Part shown: positions 1 through 10,483 of the stretch, piece after piece
Layout of the letters: each line of letters starts with the position of its first letter
How positions within the stretch are numbered: the stretch's first letter is position 1
Assembly (NCBI GenBank): GCA_001821395.1
Contig: MHLM01000016.1
Span: 1-42,604, forward strand
Direction of reading: 5' to 3'
Origin: Candidatus Lloydbacteria bacterium RIFCSPHIGHO2_02_FULL_50_18
Lineage (GTDB): Bacteria > Patescibacteriota > Minisyncoccia > Phycocordibacterales > UBA6899
Length of the DNA stretch: 42,604 nucleotides
Program-made: the position numbers and the translations under genes
Notes under the pieces: generated by a model
What the model saw: the letters and a program-made list of their open reading frames with translations, nothing else
Database searches by the model: none
What the model was told of the DNA's origin: nothing

Positions 1-1565
<1,565 letters not shown>

Positions 1566-2336
1566 AAAAAACCATTTTGTTTTGCACAATCTCGCTTACG
1601 CGAGGGCACATGCAAAACATAACCGCAACAATTGTTTTGTTCTCGAATGTACTTGCGTACATCCGTGAATGTTTCTGTGTGATCCCAGCATCTACCGACG
1701 AAAAGACCTCCTTTCGGATTGATCTAAAGTAGAGTGCTGTTGTTGTTCGATGATCACACCTTTTGAATTGCTTACGCTGCTCCTGAAAAGACAGCAATAA
1801 GCATTTGTATATCTTTCGATATACCCCATCTCTCGCTGTTACAACCGGGAATGCTATTCCTGGAAAAACGAGGACGGAATCCATATTTCAAAGAAGTTTC
1901 CTTACAACCGTGTTCCTACCTTAAACAAAAATCCGCCTCTGGCGGACACAGACCAAACGTTGGCGTGTATCGCGCTTTATAGCTGAGATTTACAAAGGTT
2001 TCTCATATCTGGATAGTCCCCAGTATAGCCATGGATTAAATGCTGTCAAGCACTAATGAAACTGGGGACTACATGTGCATAACATTACACACTTTGTCTC
2101 CCCCAATGCGGCTATATCAAGGTAAAAAAACATTACCATAGTATTTACCTATTTGTCAAATACGTTGATAGCTATGGATGCAACACGATATTCGCTGATC
2201 GCGTTTGAAAAATAACGACTGGCCGCACAAGCAAACTCATTCCGCTACGCCGAATGTTCATTGACCGGATCATTTCAGTTGCGCCCTCGAACAAGGAAAA
2301 ATCTTCCCTCAATGACAAAAAGACGATGCAAAAAAG

Positions 2337-2366
2337 CCCCGCAACTGCGGGGCCTTTCTTTTTTAC
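2337..2366. terminator. Bidirectional rho-independent terminator: gccccgcaactgcggggc with an A-run before it and a T-run after it.
   Basis: GC-rich hairpin with poly-T on plus and poly-A on the other side. It lies directly after the stop of the 2373..3056 gene. Confidence 0.6.
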
Positions 2367-2372
2367 ACTCGT

Positions 2373-3056
2373 CTATTTCTTTTCTCTTACCTCAGCGCGC
2401 ATATCTCGTATGAACTCCGCTGCGGCCTCCTTTCCGCCCAATCCAAATGCGAGGCCGCCCGCGAGCGCGAGCATGGCAACAAATCCCGCAAAGATCGTGT
2501 ACATATACTGAGGAGCGATACCAAGCTGAGAAAGCGCGACAATGAATGCAAACATCCAAATGGACCAGCGCGTCATTGTACCGAGCATCTCAGACACGCG
2601 TGACCCCATCGCCTTCGTTGCACCGGTCACCACTCCGCTCAAAAGGTCTGATGCGATCGAAGCAACAAAAAGGATGATCGCCGCAACGAGGACCTGCGGA
2701 ATGTATGTCAATACCTGAACGAGGAACAAATTCACCTGTGAGAGACCGAGGATATCGAATGCGGCCACGAGAAACACGATGATGAAAAAGAGCTTCGCAA
2801 GCCAGCCGAAAAATGCACCAGCATTCAGTGTGTAGCCCGCTTTCTCGAGATATTTATCAACTCCGGCCTTCTTCAGCCACTCATCGGCATTCATTGACTC
2901 AACGAGCTGACGCACGACCTTACCAACGGCGGCACCAAACACCCAGCCGAGGATAACAAAGACAAGTGCCGCTAAAGCCTTCGGCAGCATGTCGGCGACA
3001 CCGCCCGCGACATCGCGGAGTGACTGTACGAGAACGGTTTGTAATGATTGAAACAT
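2373..3056 (-). CDS. Polytopic membrane protein of 227 aa. Possibly a conserved-TM-helix-repeat (MscS-associated type) family member.
   Basis: Long ORF, multiple hydrophobic helices with a repeated pattern, terminator immediately downstream. The family assignment is tentative. Confidence 0.6.
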   Translation of the reverse strand: MFQSLQTVLVQSLRDVAGGVADMLPKALAALVFVILGWVFGAAVGKVVRQLVESMNADEWLKKAGVDKYLEKAGYTLNAGAFFGWLAKLFFIIVFLVAAFDILGLSQVNLFLVQVLTYIPQVLVAAIILFVASIASDLLSGVVTGATKAMGSRVSEMLGTMTRWSIWMFAFIVALSQLGIAPQYMYTIFAGFVAMLALAGGLAFGLGGKEAAAEFIRDMRAEVREKK

Positions 3057-3240
3057 AGCTATTATTTGATTAGATAGTAACTCCGATGATTGAACGATCC
3101 ACTACTGGTATTATATCAATAATTTGCTCATATTGACGTGAATGGGGAAAAGCCTGTGGAGAAGTACCCCGGAACCCTGTGGGTAAGGGCTGGATATCGA
3201 GTGGAAAGCAAAATATGGCTTAATGATGAGCAAAAACGGA

Positions 3241-3858
3241 TTAAAACAAATTCAGCTTATTGAGCACTACTAAGTGCGGGTAGTCGATGATGTCGCGGAT
3301 GAATTTATCGTAGATGCCAAAGCGGTATTCGAACTCGGAGGTTTCCATCATACCGTACGTGAGTTCTTTACCCAGTTCTGCTTCAAGACGTCGGAGGACT
3401 CCTTCAATGACCGGCTTCTTCATCTTCTCCCCTACCAGCAACACATCGACACGAGAGTCGATCTCATCGATAAAAATGCCCGAAACAATGATGAGTTTCA
3501 GCTGCCCGCAATTACGGAAACGTGCGGCGACATCTTCTTTGCCAAGCGCGATCTCGGTCACGAGCGAACGCAATGCGGCAAGAAACGGAAATGTTGAGTC
3601 CATGCCAAAGCCGGTGACCTTGTGTTTCTCCAATGCGCCATCTTTACCGTTCTTCTTCGGTTTCATCTTCACGACGACGCGCTGTTTAATGAGCCCGACA
3701 TCGAGAAGCATGCGCACTTCTTTCGACAAGGTTGCGCCGGTCACCTTGCTCCGTTTCCCCATTTCGATCTTATCAAAAACATCCTCAGGGTTCATGAGAA
3801 AAAGTCTCATCAATTTCACCCGTGCGGGGCTACCAAAAAGTTTTGCAAGAATATCCAT
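3241..3858 (-). CDS. Hypothetical protein of 205 aa with an N-terminal winged-HTH-like segment. Putative regulator.
   Basis: ORF whose N-terminal 60 aa resemble a wHTH (LFGSPARVKLMRLFL...TGATLSKEVRMLLDVGLIK). Same strand as, and directly after, the 3965..4303 gene. Confidence 0.5.
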   Translation of the reverse strand: MDILAKLFGSPARVKLMRLFLMNPEDVFDKIEMGKRSKVTGATLSKEVRMLLDVGLIKQRVVVKMKPKKNGKDGALEKHKVTGFGMDSTFPFLAALRSLVTEIALGKEDVAARFRNCGQLKLIIVSGIFIDEIDSRVDVLLVGEKMKKPVIEGVLRRLEAELGKELTYGMMETSEFEYRFGIYDKFIRDIIDYPHLVVLNKLNLF

Positions 3859-3964
3859 ATGGGGACATTGTACTACGCAGAGAGACGGTAAGGCTAGACT
3901 ATTTACCGGGCATGAACCATACGGGAATACAAAAAACCCGCCTTGTTAAGGAGGGCTTATCGCA

Positions 3965-4303
3965 CTACGGGCACGAATCATCGATGGGAATCGGTGGAAA
4001 CTCCACCTCTCTCATATCACGCATCCGCTCTGTCTGCGGATCTGAGCGAGAAAGGCGACGTGAATTAAACACTTCAATGCGAAGAATTGTGTGTGCTGCG
4101 ATCTTCGTGACACAGACCGACGATTGGTACACGAGGATGGACAGCTCCATGCCGTCCGGTGAGACGCGCAGCACCGAGCCGAGGCAAGCGGGATTTGAGG
4201 ATGTATGCACACGCACATCCTGTTCATTTTTGACAAGCACACTTCCGCACTGGAGCAGCCAGTCGCGCCACCCAATGGGACCCTTTCCTTGAATAACCTT
4301 CAT
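3965..4303 (-). CDS. Hypothetical protein of 112 aa.
   Basis: ATG preceded by AAAGGAG at 7-nt spacing. It begins 13 nt after the stop of the upstream small Cys-rich gene, so the two look co-transcribed. The overlapping ORF 4012..4275 has a junk-like Cys/Arg/Ser composition and is rejected. Confidence 0.6.
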   Translation of the reverse strand: MKVIQGKGPIGWRDWLLQCGSVLVKNEQDVRVHTSSNPACLGSVLRVSPDGMELSILVYQSSVCVTKIAAHTILRIEVFNSRRLSRSDPQTERMRDMREVEFPPIPIDDSCP

Positions 4304-4315
4304 GAAAAACTCCTT

Positions 4316-4513
4316 TCAGTGTTGTTCCGCAAAAAAGAGCGGCAATGGGGGGTTATGAATCTTCGGATCAAGGTTCGGCGATACGCAGGTACCACCACAC
4401 ATACCCGGGCATTCTTCGCCGTGAAGTCGTGCGGTGCATCGTTCGCTCGCGGGAACCTCAAAGCAGACCCGTTTGACCGTGCGATACTGATCAAGAGAAA
4501 CAACGTTTGTCAT
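4316..4513 (-). CDS. Small Cys-rich protein of about 65 aa (MTNVVSLDQYR...CPGMCGGTC...). The 7 Cys suggest metal or Fe-S binding.
   Basis: ATG at 4513 preceded by AAGGAG. The listed ORF start at 4534 is a TTG. The Cys pattern is C-x7-C-x7-C-x3-C-GG-x-C. Confidence 0.5.
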   Translation of the reverse strand: MTNVVSLDQYRTVKRVCFEVPASERCTARLHGEECPGMCGGTCVSPNLDPKIHNPPLPLFFAEQH

Positions 4514-4588
4514 ACCATTTCTCCTTCTTTTCAATGTTGACGAACCTGAACCAACCCTACATCAGGGCTCTATTTTGTGCAATGAAAA

Positions 4589-4607
4589 ACGGCACAGGTG
4601 GTGCCGT
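4589..4607. terminator. Bidirectional terminator hairpin acggcacaggtggtgccgt, flanked by an A-run and a T-run.
   Basis: Lies downstream of the stop of the HD-domain gene at 4685. A near-identical hairpin occurs at 5611-5625. Confidence 0.55.
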
Positions 4608-4684
4608 TATTTTTTTGCTTGTCTTGATGAGAGAAACATCATCGTTCAAACAGTGCAGTTGCTCAATGCGTGCGGCGTATCGGT

Positions 4685-5320
4685 CTACAAGCACCCTGAG
4701 GATCGAGCCCAGCCGGCCTCAACACGAATGATCGCGGCCTCGATCTCACGGGAAAGAACATTGTGCTTCTGTGCAAGCGGCAAATAGATACGCCGTGCGA
4801 TCTCAACGATGCGTTTCTGCTTTTGGATATCACAGGCAAAAAGTGTACGCAGGTTGTGCAACACGTCGGGAAGCTTGTTTTCGAGCACATCAGTAGGAGC
4901 ATCTAAAAAACGTTCACTGTATGCCTTGTCTCGCGCCGTTTTGTTCGGAAACTCTTCACGAGGGTCTTTACTCGACCACCTGACATAGTACGAAGGACCC
5001 TGACCGAACTCTGCCTCGATCTCTGCGTGCGTCTTTCCTTTAATATCCTCCACGACGTCGTGAAGCAGGTCTGCAATAATCTGTGCCGGATTTTTCACCC
5101 CAACGCAGATCACAGCGATAAGCGCGACCGAAACGCCATGACCAAACGCCGTCGATCCATCTTCACGCATGCGATTGCGGCATGCCTTCTTGGCAAACGC
5201 ATACGCCCGCAGGATCTCCTGGTACTGCAAGTCAGTTTCCGGAAGAAATTTTTTGATATGACGGAACAAGTCCCTTTTTGGTGAGCGAGTCGCAAGCACC
5301 TTATCAACGCATTTCAACAT
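4685..5320 (-). CDS. HD-domain phosphohydrolase of the RelA/SpoT hydrolase type (small alarmone hydrolase / Mesh1-like), 211 aa.
   Basis: HGVSVALI...DLLHDVVEDI matches the HD motif of (p)ppGpp hydrolase domains. ATG at 5320 is preceded by a G-rich Shine-Dalgarno; the listed start at 5350 is a GTG. Confidence 0.7.
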   Translation of the reverse strand: MLKCVDKVLATRSPKRDLFRHIKKFLPETDLQYQEILRAYAFAKKACRNRMREDGSTAFGHGVSVALIAVICVGVKNPAQIIADLLHDVVEDIKGKTHAEIEAEFGQGPSYYVRWSSKDPREEFPNKTARDKAYSERFLDAPTDVLENKLPDVLHNLRTLFACDIQKQKRIVEIARRIYLPLAQKHNVLSREIEAAIIRVEAGWARSSGCL

Positions 5321-5384
5321 CGCATTCCCCTCACTAAAAATTCTGAGCACATCCTACCATGTGCTAACAAATTGTGAAGTAAGT

Positions 5385-5607
5385 AAAAGATATTAAACCC
5401 CAGGGCAAGCCCTAGACTCGCAATGAGCTCGCAAGGCCTCACGCGAGTCCGCGGCAGAGCCGTGGGGTATTGAACTTTTTTAGCTCTCCTCGGCACCACG
5501 GTGAGTACTTCCATTTTTCTAAAGCAGAATACTGCTAAGAAAAATTGGTCGCTCGGAGATGAAAAAGAAGACCTTTTCCATTTCGCTCGCTCTACGTCGG
5601 CAATAAA
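5385..5607 (+). repeat. Repeat element A, copy 1. It is a structured unit of about 150 bp, here carrying a nested 59-bp insertion of element B at 5494-5552.
   Basis: Near-identical to the copies at 10292-10457 and 28201-28365. Hairpins ccagggcaagccctgg, gactcgc...gcgagtc and ccgcggcagagccgcgg; flanking direct repeat ggtattaaacc; hairpin gaaatgaaaaag...tttttcatttc. Confidence 0.85.
5494..5552 (+). mobile_element. Element B copy 1, a roughly 59-bp hairpin-bearing miniature element nested inside element A at ctcctcgg^ttcgga.
   Basis: caccacggtgagtacttccatttttctaa...ctaagaaaaattggtcgc matches the B copies at 20885-20942 and 23017-23074. Element A copies 2 and 3 lack it. Confidence 0.75.
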
Positions 5608-5637
5608 AAACGGCACATGGTGCCGTTCTTCTTGAGG

Positions 5638-6606
5638 CTAGCTTTCTGCCGCAAGAACTTCTTCCCTAATCATCAAAAGCCATGCGATCCACTCTTCGAG
5701 CGGTATGCGCGTGAGCACTTCGTGACGCTCATCCTCGGGAAGACCCAAGAGGCGGTGATCAAGCAGCGGGAGCCACTTCGTTATACACGACTCCTTCCAT
5801 GCGGCAGTCATGGTGGGAATATTCTGCGGACCAAAGACATCTTCCCCGCTCTTCCAATTAGTGACGCGCACGATCTTCGCATAAAGGGTAAACATGAAAC
5901 AATCCCCCGCCTCACCATTCGGCCATCCGAGCGGAACCTCAATCCAGTATGCGAACTGACGATGGAGTTCTTCGGGGAAACGAAAGGATTCACTGTACGG
6001 TACGAGGATCATTCCGTTCAAGTCGACGAGCTTCCGTTTCTTAAGTTCAAAGATCGCGGAACGGATCGCCTTGCTGGGACAAGAGATGTGCTCCACTCTT
6101 GGCGGGCTCACGATCTCACCTTGTGCATTTCTTCCTGCACCCACTTGCACGTTAAGAACATCCGGCGTTGTGCCAAGTAGTCGTTCAATATCTTGAACGT
6201 AGAGCGAGCCGACGTTATGCTCACCCATATATTCACCGGCGCAAAATTTTTGCCAAATATCGTTTGCGCGGTCGGCGAGCGACATAGTTGCCCACACCTC
6301 CTGATACTTGCGTTGTATCTCATTTCGTACGACCTCACGCGCGTCCTCTTGTGCAGCGCAATGAAAGCCATCACCGGTCATGACCATCGTACGCTTTTTC
6401 GGCGTTCCGAACATTTCCCATTTCCACTTGAGGTCACATGGGCACATGAGATGCATCCATGAATTATTCTTGCGTGGTGCACCGGCATGACACTCGCTCA
6501 TCATGACCACGGGGTGTCCATTGCCATTGTCGAACTCACGGATGGGCCTCAATTGAGACTGGTAATACTTCTGGTATATCTTCAATTTCTTTTCTGAGAG
6601 CGGCAT
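5638..6606 (-). CDS. Hypothetical protein of 322 aa, family not recognised. Cys/His-rich segment HAGAP...HLMCPCD.
   Basis: ATG at 6606 with AAAGGAGG Shine-Dalgarno. A terminator-like hairpin at 5611-5625 lies just after the stop. Confidence 0.7.
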   Translation of the reverse strand: MPLSEKKLKIYQKYYQSQLRPIREFDNGNGHPVVMMSECHAGAPRKNNSWMHLMCPCDLKWKWEMFGTPKKRTMVMTGDGFHCAAQEDAREVVRNEIQRKYQEVWATMSLADRANDIWQKFCAGEYMGEHNVGSLYVQDIERLLGTTPDVLNVQVGAGRNAQGEIVSPPRVEHISCPSKAIRSAIFELKKRKLVDLNGMILVPYSESFRFPEELHRQFAYWIEVPLGWPNGEAGDCFMFTLYAKIVRVTNWKSGEDVFGPQNIPTMTAAWKESCITKWLPLLDHRLLGLPEDERHEVLTRIPLEEWIAWLLMIREEVLAAES

Positions 6607-6676
6607 GAAAGCCTCCTTTGTGATGAACTAAATATCTGGATTGAGCTTACCCGAAAATCCTTTTCACGCAACAAAA

Positions 6677-6703
6677 AACACTGCCCTTTGTGACGGCAGT
6701 GTT
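6677..6703 (-). terminator. Rho-independent terminator downstream of rplL (acactgcc ctttgtga cggcagtgt followed by a T-run on the minus strand).
   Basis: 8-bp GC-rich stem followed by a U-run in the minus-strand sense. Confidence 0.6.
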
Positions 6704-6723
6704 TCCGTTGCGAATTAGCTGAA

Positions 6724-7110
6724 TTACTTGAGGTTGACCTTTCCGCCAACTTCTTCAATACGCTTCTTGAGCGCCTCTGCCTCCGCCTTCTTCATGCCTG
6801 CCTTCACCATGCTTGGTGCGCCATCGACAAGGTCCTTTGCCTCCTTGAGTCCAAGTGCCAAGACTTCCTTGACGATCTTGATGACCTGAATAGGTGTTGC
6901 ACCGCCTGCTGCGAGCTCAACGTCGAACGAGTCCTTCTCCTCGACTGCTGCGGCTGCAGGGCCTGCTGCGGCCACGGCTGCGGCTGCCGACACTCCCCAC
7001 TTCTCCTCAAGCATCTTCACGAGCTCGTGAAGTTCGATAAGTGTAAGCTTCTCTACTCCTGCCACAATGTCCTTGAACTTTGCGGGTACTTCTACTTTTG
7101 TTTCTTCCAT
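6724..7110 (-). CDS. rplL: 50S ribosomal protein L7/L12.
   Basis: Ala-rich hinge and the C-terminal domain [26 protein letters not shown]...[16 protein letters not shown] are diagnostic. Confidence 0.95.
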   Translation of the reverse strand: MEETKVEVPAKFKDIVAGVEKLTLIELHELVKMLEEKWGVSAAAAVAAAGPAAAAVEEKDSFDVELAAGGATPIQVIKIVKEVLALGLKEAKDLVDGAPSMVKAGMKKAEAEALKKRIEEVGGKVNLK

Positions 7111-7133
7111 AATGTTTATGACTATTTAATTAA

Positions 7134-7709
7134 TTATGCGATCGCAGGCACTGCGTCTGCGGGAACTTCGGGTGTAGCCTCTGCTGCTACGACGGGAGTT
7201 GCAACTGCTGCGGGAACCCCTTCTTCCATCTTTGCGGCACGCTCCGAAATGATGCGCACCACGCGTGCGATCGATTCGTTGAGCATCCCCACAAACTTGG
7301 AGAGCAGCTGGTCGCGACCGAGAATTGCCGCAAGCTGTGTGATCTCCTCCTTCGACATATACGCACCTTGGTATACACCGCCCATGAGGGACATCTGATC
7401 TTTGTGTGTCTTGATGAACTCGAACACACCCTTTGCGGGAGCGACCGGGTCAGCACCCCACGCGAGCGCAAGCTCTCCTTTCAATTCCGGCTGAGTGCCA
7501 GTGACCTTCTTTGCATCAAGTGCTCGCCTCACGAGTGACTTCTTTGCGACATAGAGAGTGACTCCCGCTTCGCGCAACTCTTTGCGCAGCTGTGTGAGGT
7601 CCTTCCCGGGAAGTTTGTAAAAATTTACAAACGCCACCGTTTCTGCCGACTGCAATCCTGCATCGAGCGTCGAGAGGATCACTGTTTTCTTTTGTTTACT
7701 GATTGGCAT
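7134..7709 (-). CDS. rplJ: 50S ribosomal protein L10.
   Basis: L10-like sequence directly upstream of rplL. The start is placed at the internal MPISKQKK, since the N-terminal extension of the listed ORF is not L10-like. An Ala/Val/Pro-rich C-terminal tail is present. Confidence 0.85.
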   Translation of the reverse strand: MPISKQKKTVILSTLDAGLQSAETVAFVNFYKLPGKDLTQLRKELREAGVTLYVAKKSLVRRALDAKKVTGTQPELKGELALAWGADPVAPAKGVFEFIKTHKDQMSLMGGVYQGAYMSKEEITQLAAILGRDQLLSKFVGMLNESIARVVRIISERAAKMEEGVPAAVATPVVAAEATPEVPADAVPAIA

Positions 7710-7910
7710 GAATTTATTGAATGACAAATAAAAAATCGACCAACGCGTCGACTGATATCCAGTACAGCCCAAAATGGGCTTGAGTATGGCTTCGGCAGGG
7801 GGCATACGCCTTTATTCCCCTATTATTCTCTTGGGGTCCCTACTGTCTTGAGCGTTAGACACAGTATAGTCAAAATCCGCAACTGGTCAATATCACCCGG
7901 GAAAATGAAA

Positions 7911-7935
7911 AAGATCGCAGGAGTTTCCTGCGATC
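7911..7935 (-). terminator. Terminator hairpin agatcgcagga-gttt-cctgcgatct downstream of the hydrolase gene.
   Basis: 11-bp stem with a T-run in the minus sense. Confidence 0.6.
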
Positions 7936-7942
7936 TACAAAT

Positions 7943-8794
7943 TCAACGCACATTGTTCCGCACGAGCCAATCCGCGATAACCCTCGAATTCTCTTCCCAG
8001 CCGGCCTCGAATGGGCACATATGGCCCATTTGCTCGTGCATGTGCAATTCTGCACCAAAGAACCGGGCGATACGCCCTGCGACACTGGGATGAACAACCA
8101 CGTCTTTCTTCGCGCCAATGACAAGCATGGGGGCCGCGATCTTGACCGGATCGACAGCAACCTGGCTCAGCCCCATCTGTAGCGCGGCGAGCAATGATTC
8201 ATTACTGAGACGACGCTTTTCCCACACATCAATGATGTGTCGACTTGCAACCGGATCGGCAAAGAGCGAATCAAGAAATCCTCGGCTGGGGATGAAACTC
8301 TTTCCCCCCATGACCATGGCGAGTGCGGAGAGAACATCTCCTAATGAAATGCGTATCAACCCTCCGGGAAGAAGCATGACCCCTGAGGGTGGCGCCGGAG
8401 TGACCAGTACCGCGTGACCGACATCGTTGCGCATCTCTGCAAGTTTTGCAGCGATCAGTCCGCCCATACTATGACCCACGAGCACGAGCGATGCAGTGTG
8501 CCTCGGACGGACGACCCTCTCGATGAAGCCTGAAGCATCATCAACATAATCGAGGATGCCTTTTCCTCCGACGTCCTCCGCATGACGTTCACCATGCCCC
8601 ATGATGTCATGTGCATAACAGATAAAACCGAGCTTCGCGGCATACATCATGGCATCGCCAAGATATGCGGCAAAACCGGACATTCCGTGGATAAAAACGA
8701 TTGGCTGTGCGTAAGCAACAACCGTCGGAAGAGCGACAAGAAAATTATGCCCGTGCGAAACGTGACGCCGGAGCGAGACAGAAGGAGCTCCCAT
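7943..8794 (-). CDS. Alpha/beta-hydrolase fold protein (esterase/lipase-like).
   Basis: Nucleophile elbow LVGHSMGG, HG oxyanion motif near the N-terminus (FIHGMSG), and a late His. Confidence 0.8.
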   Translation of the reverse strand: MGAPSVSLRRHVSHGHNFLVALPTVVAYAQPIVFIHGMSGFAAYLGDAMMYAAKLGFICYAHDIMGHGERHAEDVGGKGILDYVDDASGFIERVVRPRHTASLVLVGHSMGGLIAAKLAEMRNDVGHAVLVTPAPPSGVMLLPGGLIRISLGDVLSALAMVMGGKSFIPSRGFLDSLFADPVASRHIIDVWEKRRLSNESLLAALQMGLSQVAVDPVKIAAPMLVIGAKKDVVVHPSVAGRIARFFGAELHMHEQMGHMCPFEAGWEENSRVIADWLVRNNVR

Positions 8795-8865
8795 CCTCTT
8801 CTCCTTTCAAATAGCAATATGGATCTCCCTACAGCGTACCACGTAGTGCACACACGTCGAGCATG

Positions 8866-9035
8866 CTAAGAGCCCATCGAATAACTATTTACGTTACGAA
8901 AATTCATGGTGTTGTGGCGAAAAAATTTTATGCTGACCGATGGTGTGCCTATAGGACACAGCGAGGGAAGATAAAATTTTTACAGCCCGACAACATGGAT
9001 TTGCAGTCGTAAAGAGTTATTCGATGGGCTCTAAG
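8866..9035. mobile_element. Candidate 170-bp miniature element bounded by 28-bp imperfect terminal inverted repeats (ctaagagcccatcgaataactatttacg / cgtaaagagttattcgatgggctctaag).
   Basis: The two arms are reverse complements with 2 mismatches. The element sits in the promoter region of the hydrolase gene. There is only one copy in this window. Confidence 0.5.
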
Positions 9036-9251
9036 GTTTCGCACATCCAATGAGACAATCGGGGTCGGTGTTTCCGCCACGATATGTGCTCACCGCAAAG
9101 ATCGTCACCACGGACAACATGATGATCCCGATAAATCCAAAGGCAAAGCGGAAGAATGTCTTGCTGAAGAAGTCCACGATATGCTCAGTATAGCAATATT
9201 ACTGCTCGTCAGTCGACAAAAATCCCCCCCTAAAAAAAAGGGGGGGTGATA

Positions 9252-10169
9252 CTACTTACTGGGAACGACGCGACCGCCTTGTTCCAGCCGATATTGATGA
9301 TAATTCTCCTCACGAGCATTGAACGGGCGGGCACACTCTGCGTTGATATTTTTTTGTTTTTTGAACTCGATCGCAAAGTGATCAAATACAAATTTGCTCT
9401 CCCAATCAAAACACATGAGCGCCTTCTTGGAATCAAGGTCGGTGCCATTTGTCACAAGCGGAACGTCGATAGTCTTGAATACACACATCCGAAATTCAAG
9501 TGACATATTCACCGCCATCTTCATGTTTGGACTGTAATATGCAGGTCCGGGCGTATCAGTCACGTAGCCAAACGGAATGACCGGGCGATTCTCACCAAAA
9601 AGTTTCCCTTGTCGATCGGGTATCCACGATGGAATAGCTTTCGCATGCTGCAGTAGATAGTGCCTATCGCCGAACTCGGACACCGTCGCATATGCGGGGT
9701 CGGTATCGCTCGTATCAACCACCCAACTTGGAAAGACGTGCTGAATTCGCGTAATACCCAAAAAATCTCTGAGCACTCCGAATTCCGTCTCGACCTCATT
9801 CTTGTCATTCATATATGATTGCCACATGCACCCGCGAGTGAATTGCACAAATGAATATCGCGTTAGTGCAGCAACATCACTTGTGACCAAGCCTGCAAAC
9901 AGATGTGTACTTTGGATGACCGGATCACCATCCACTAATGGGTCGGCCGGGAGCACGTAGTCTTCCGTACGAAAAATTATCTTTTTCAGGTCGCACGTGT
10001 CATTCTTTGCACACGTTGACTGTGGATTTTCAAACGTTATCTCCTTGGTCCAGAGCGGCCGTGAGACTCCAGTTTTTTGCCCCACAAGCTCCCATGCGGG
10101 CACAGTGCTACCGAGTGATAGAATCGGTGCAGAGGACAGCAGCAAAAGCGTGAGTAGCGATTTATGCAT
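9252..10169 (-). CDS. Secreted protein of unknown function (305 aa, signal peptide), paralog 1.
   Basis: N-terminal signal peptide MHKSLLTLLLLSSAPILSLGS. Shares motifs with the 10484..11338 product: FVQ[FY].RGC, [FH]P[SD]WVVD, AY.S, CF[DE]W.S...DH. Terminator ccccccT-A8-gggggg lies after the stop. Confidence 0.8.
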   Translation of the reverse strand: MHKSLLTLLLLSSAPILSLGSTVPAWELVGQKTGVSRPLWTKEITFENPQSTCAKNDTCDLKKIIFRTEDYVLPADPLVDGDPVIQSTHLFAGLVTSDVAALTRYSFVQFTRGCMWQSYMNDKNEVETEFGVLRDFLGITRIQHVFPSWVVDTSDTDPAYATVSEFGDRHYLLQHAKAIPSWIPDRQGKLFGENRPVIPFGYVTDTPGPAYYSPNMKMAVNMSLEFRMCVFKTIDVPLVTNGTDLDSKKALMCFDWESKFVFDHFAIEFKKQKNINAECARPFNAREENYHQYRLEQGGRVVPSK

Positions 10170-10291
10170 GTTATTGCTCCTTGAAAAGAACGCACCTACC
10201 TTCTTTTATGCTACGCGACCCTCTGCGACTGAATAGATTGACATATTTCCGATCTATTTTTTAATACACAAGCGATGACTACTTTTTTGAT

Positions 10292-10457
10292 AAAAGGTAT
10301 TAAACCCCAGGGCAAGCCCTGGACTCGCAATGAGCTCGCAAAGCCTCGCGCGAGTCCGCGGCAGAGCCGCTGGGTATTAAACCTTTTTTAGCTCTCCTCG
10401 GTTCGGAAATGAAAAAGAAGAATTTTTCATTTCGCTCACTCTACGTCGGCAATAAAG
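10292..10457 (+). repeat. Repeat element A, copy 2, intact. It lies between the two secreted paralogs.
   Basis: Near-identical to 5385-5607 (minus the B insert) and to 28201-28365. Confidence 0.85.
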
Positions 10458-10483
10458 CAAAACCCCCACAGTGGGGGGTATAT

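Noticed and set aside
3274-3949. Plus-strand ORFs 3274..3597 and 3314..3949
   Set aside because: Antisense to the better-supported 3241..3858 gene. Ser/Arg-rich wrong-frame composition.
4012-4275. 87-aa ORF overlapping the 112-aa gene
   Set aside because: Cys/Ser/Arg-rich wrong-frame composition. The competing frame has a strong Shine-Dalgarno and a coherent sequence.
5638-6606. Possibility that the 322-aa protein is a toxSAS (small alarmone synthetase) partner of the downstream HD hydrolase
   Set aside because: No RelA/SpoT synthetase motifs (RxKxxxS, EIQIRT-like) are visible. The two genes are separated by terminators and a MITE, so the idea is unsupported.
9036-9156. Possible small hydrophobic peptide (VDFFSKTFFRFAFGFIGIIMLSVV..., about 40-48 aa) on the minus strand
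   Set aside because: No ATG start, only GTG or an internal Met, and no Shine-Dalgarno. It could be a small membrane protein, but the evidence is too thin to call.
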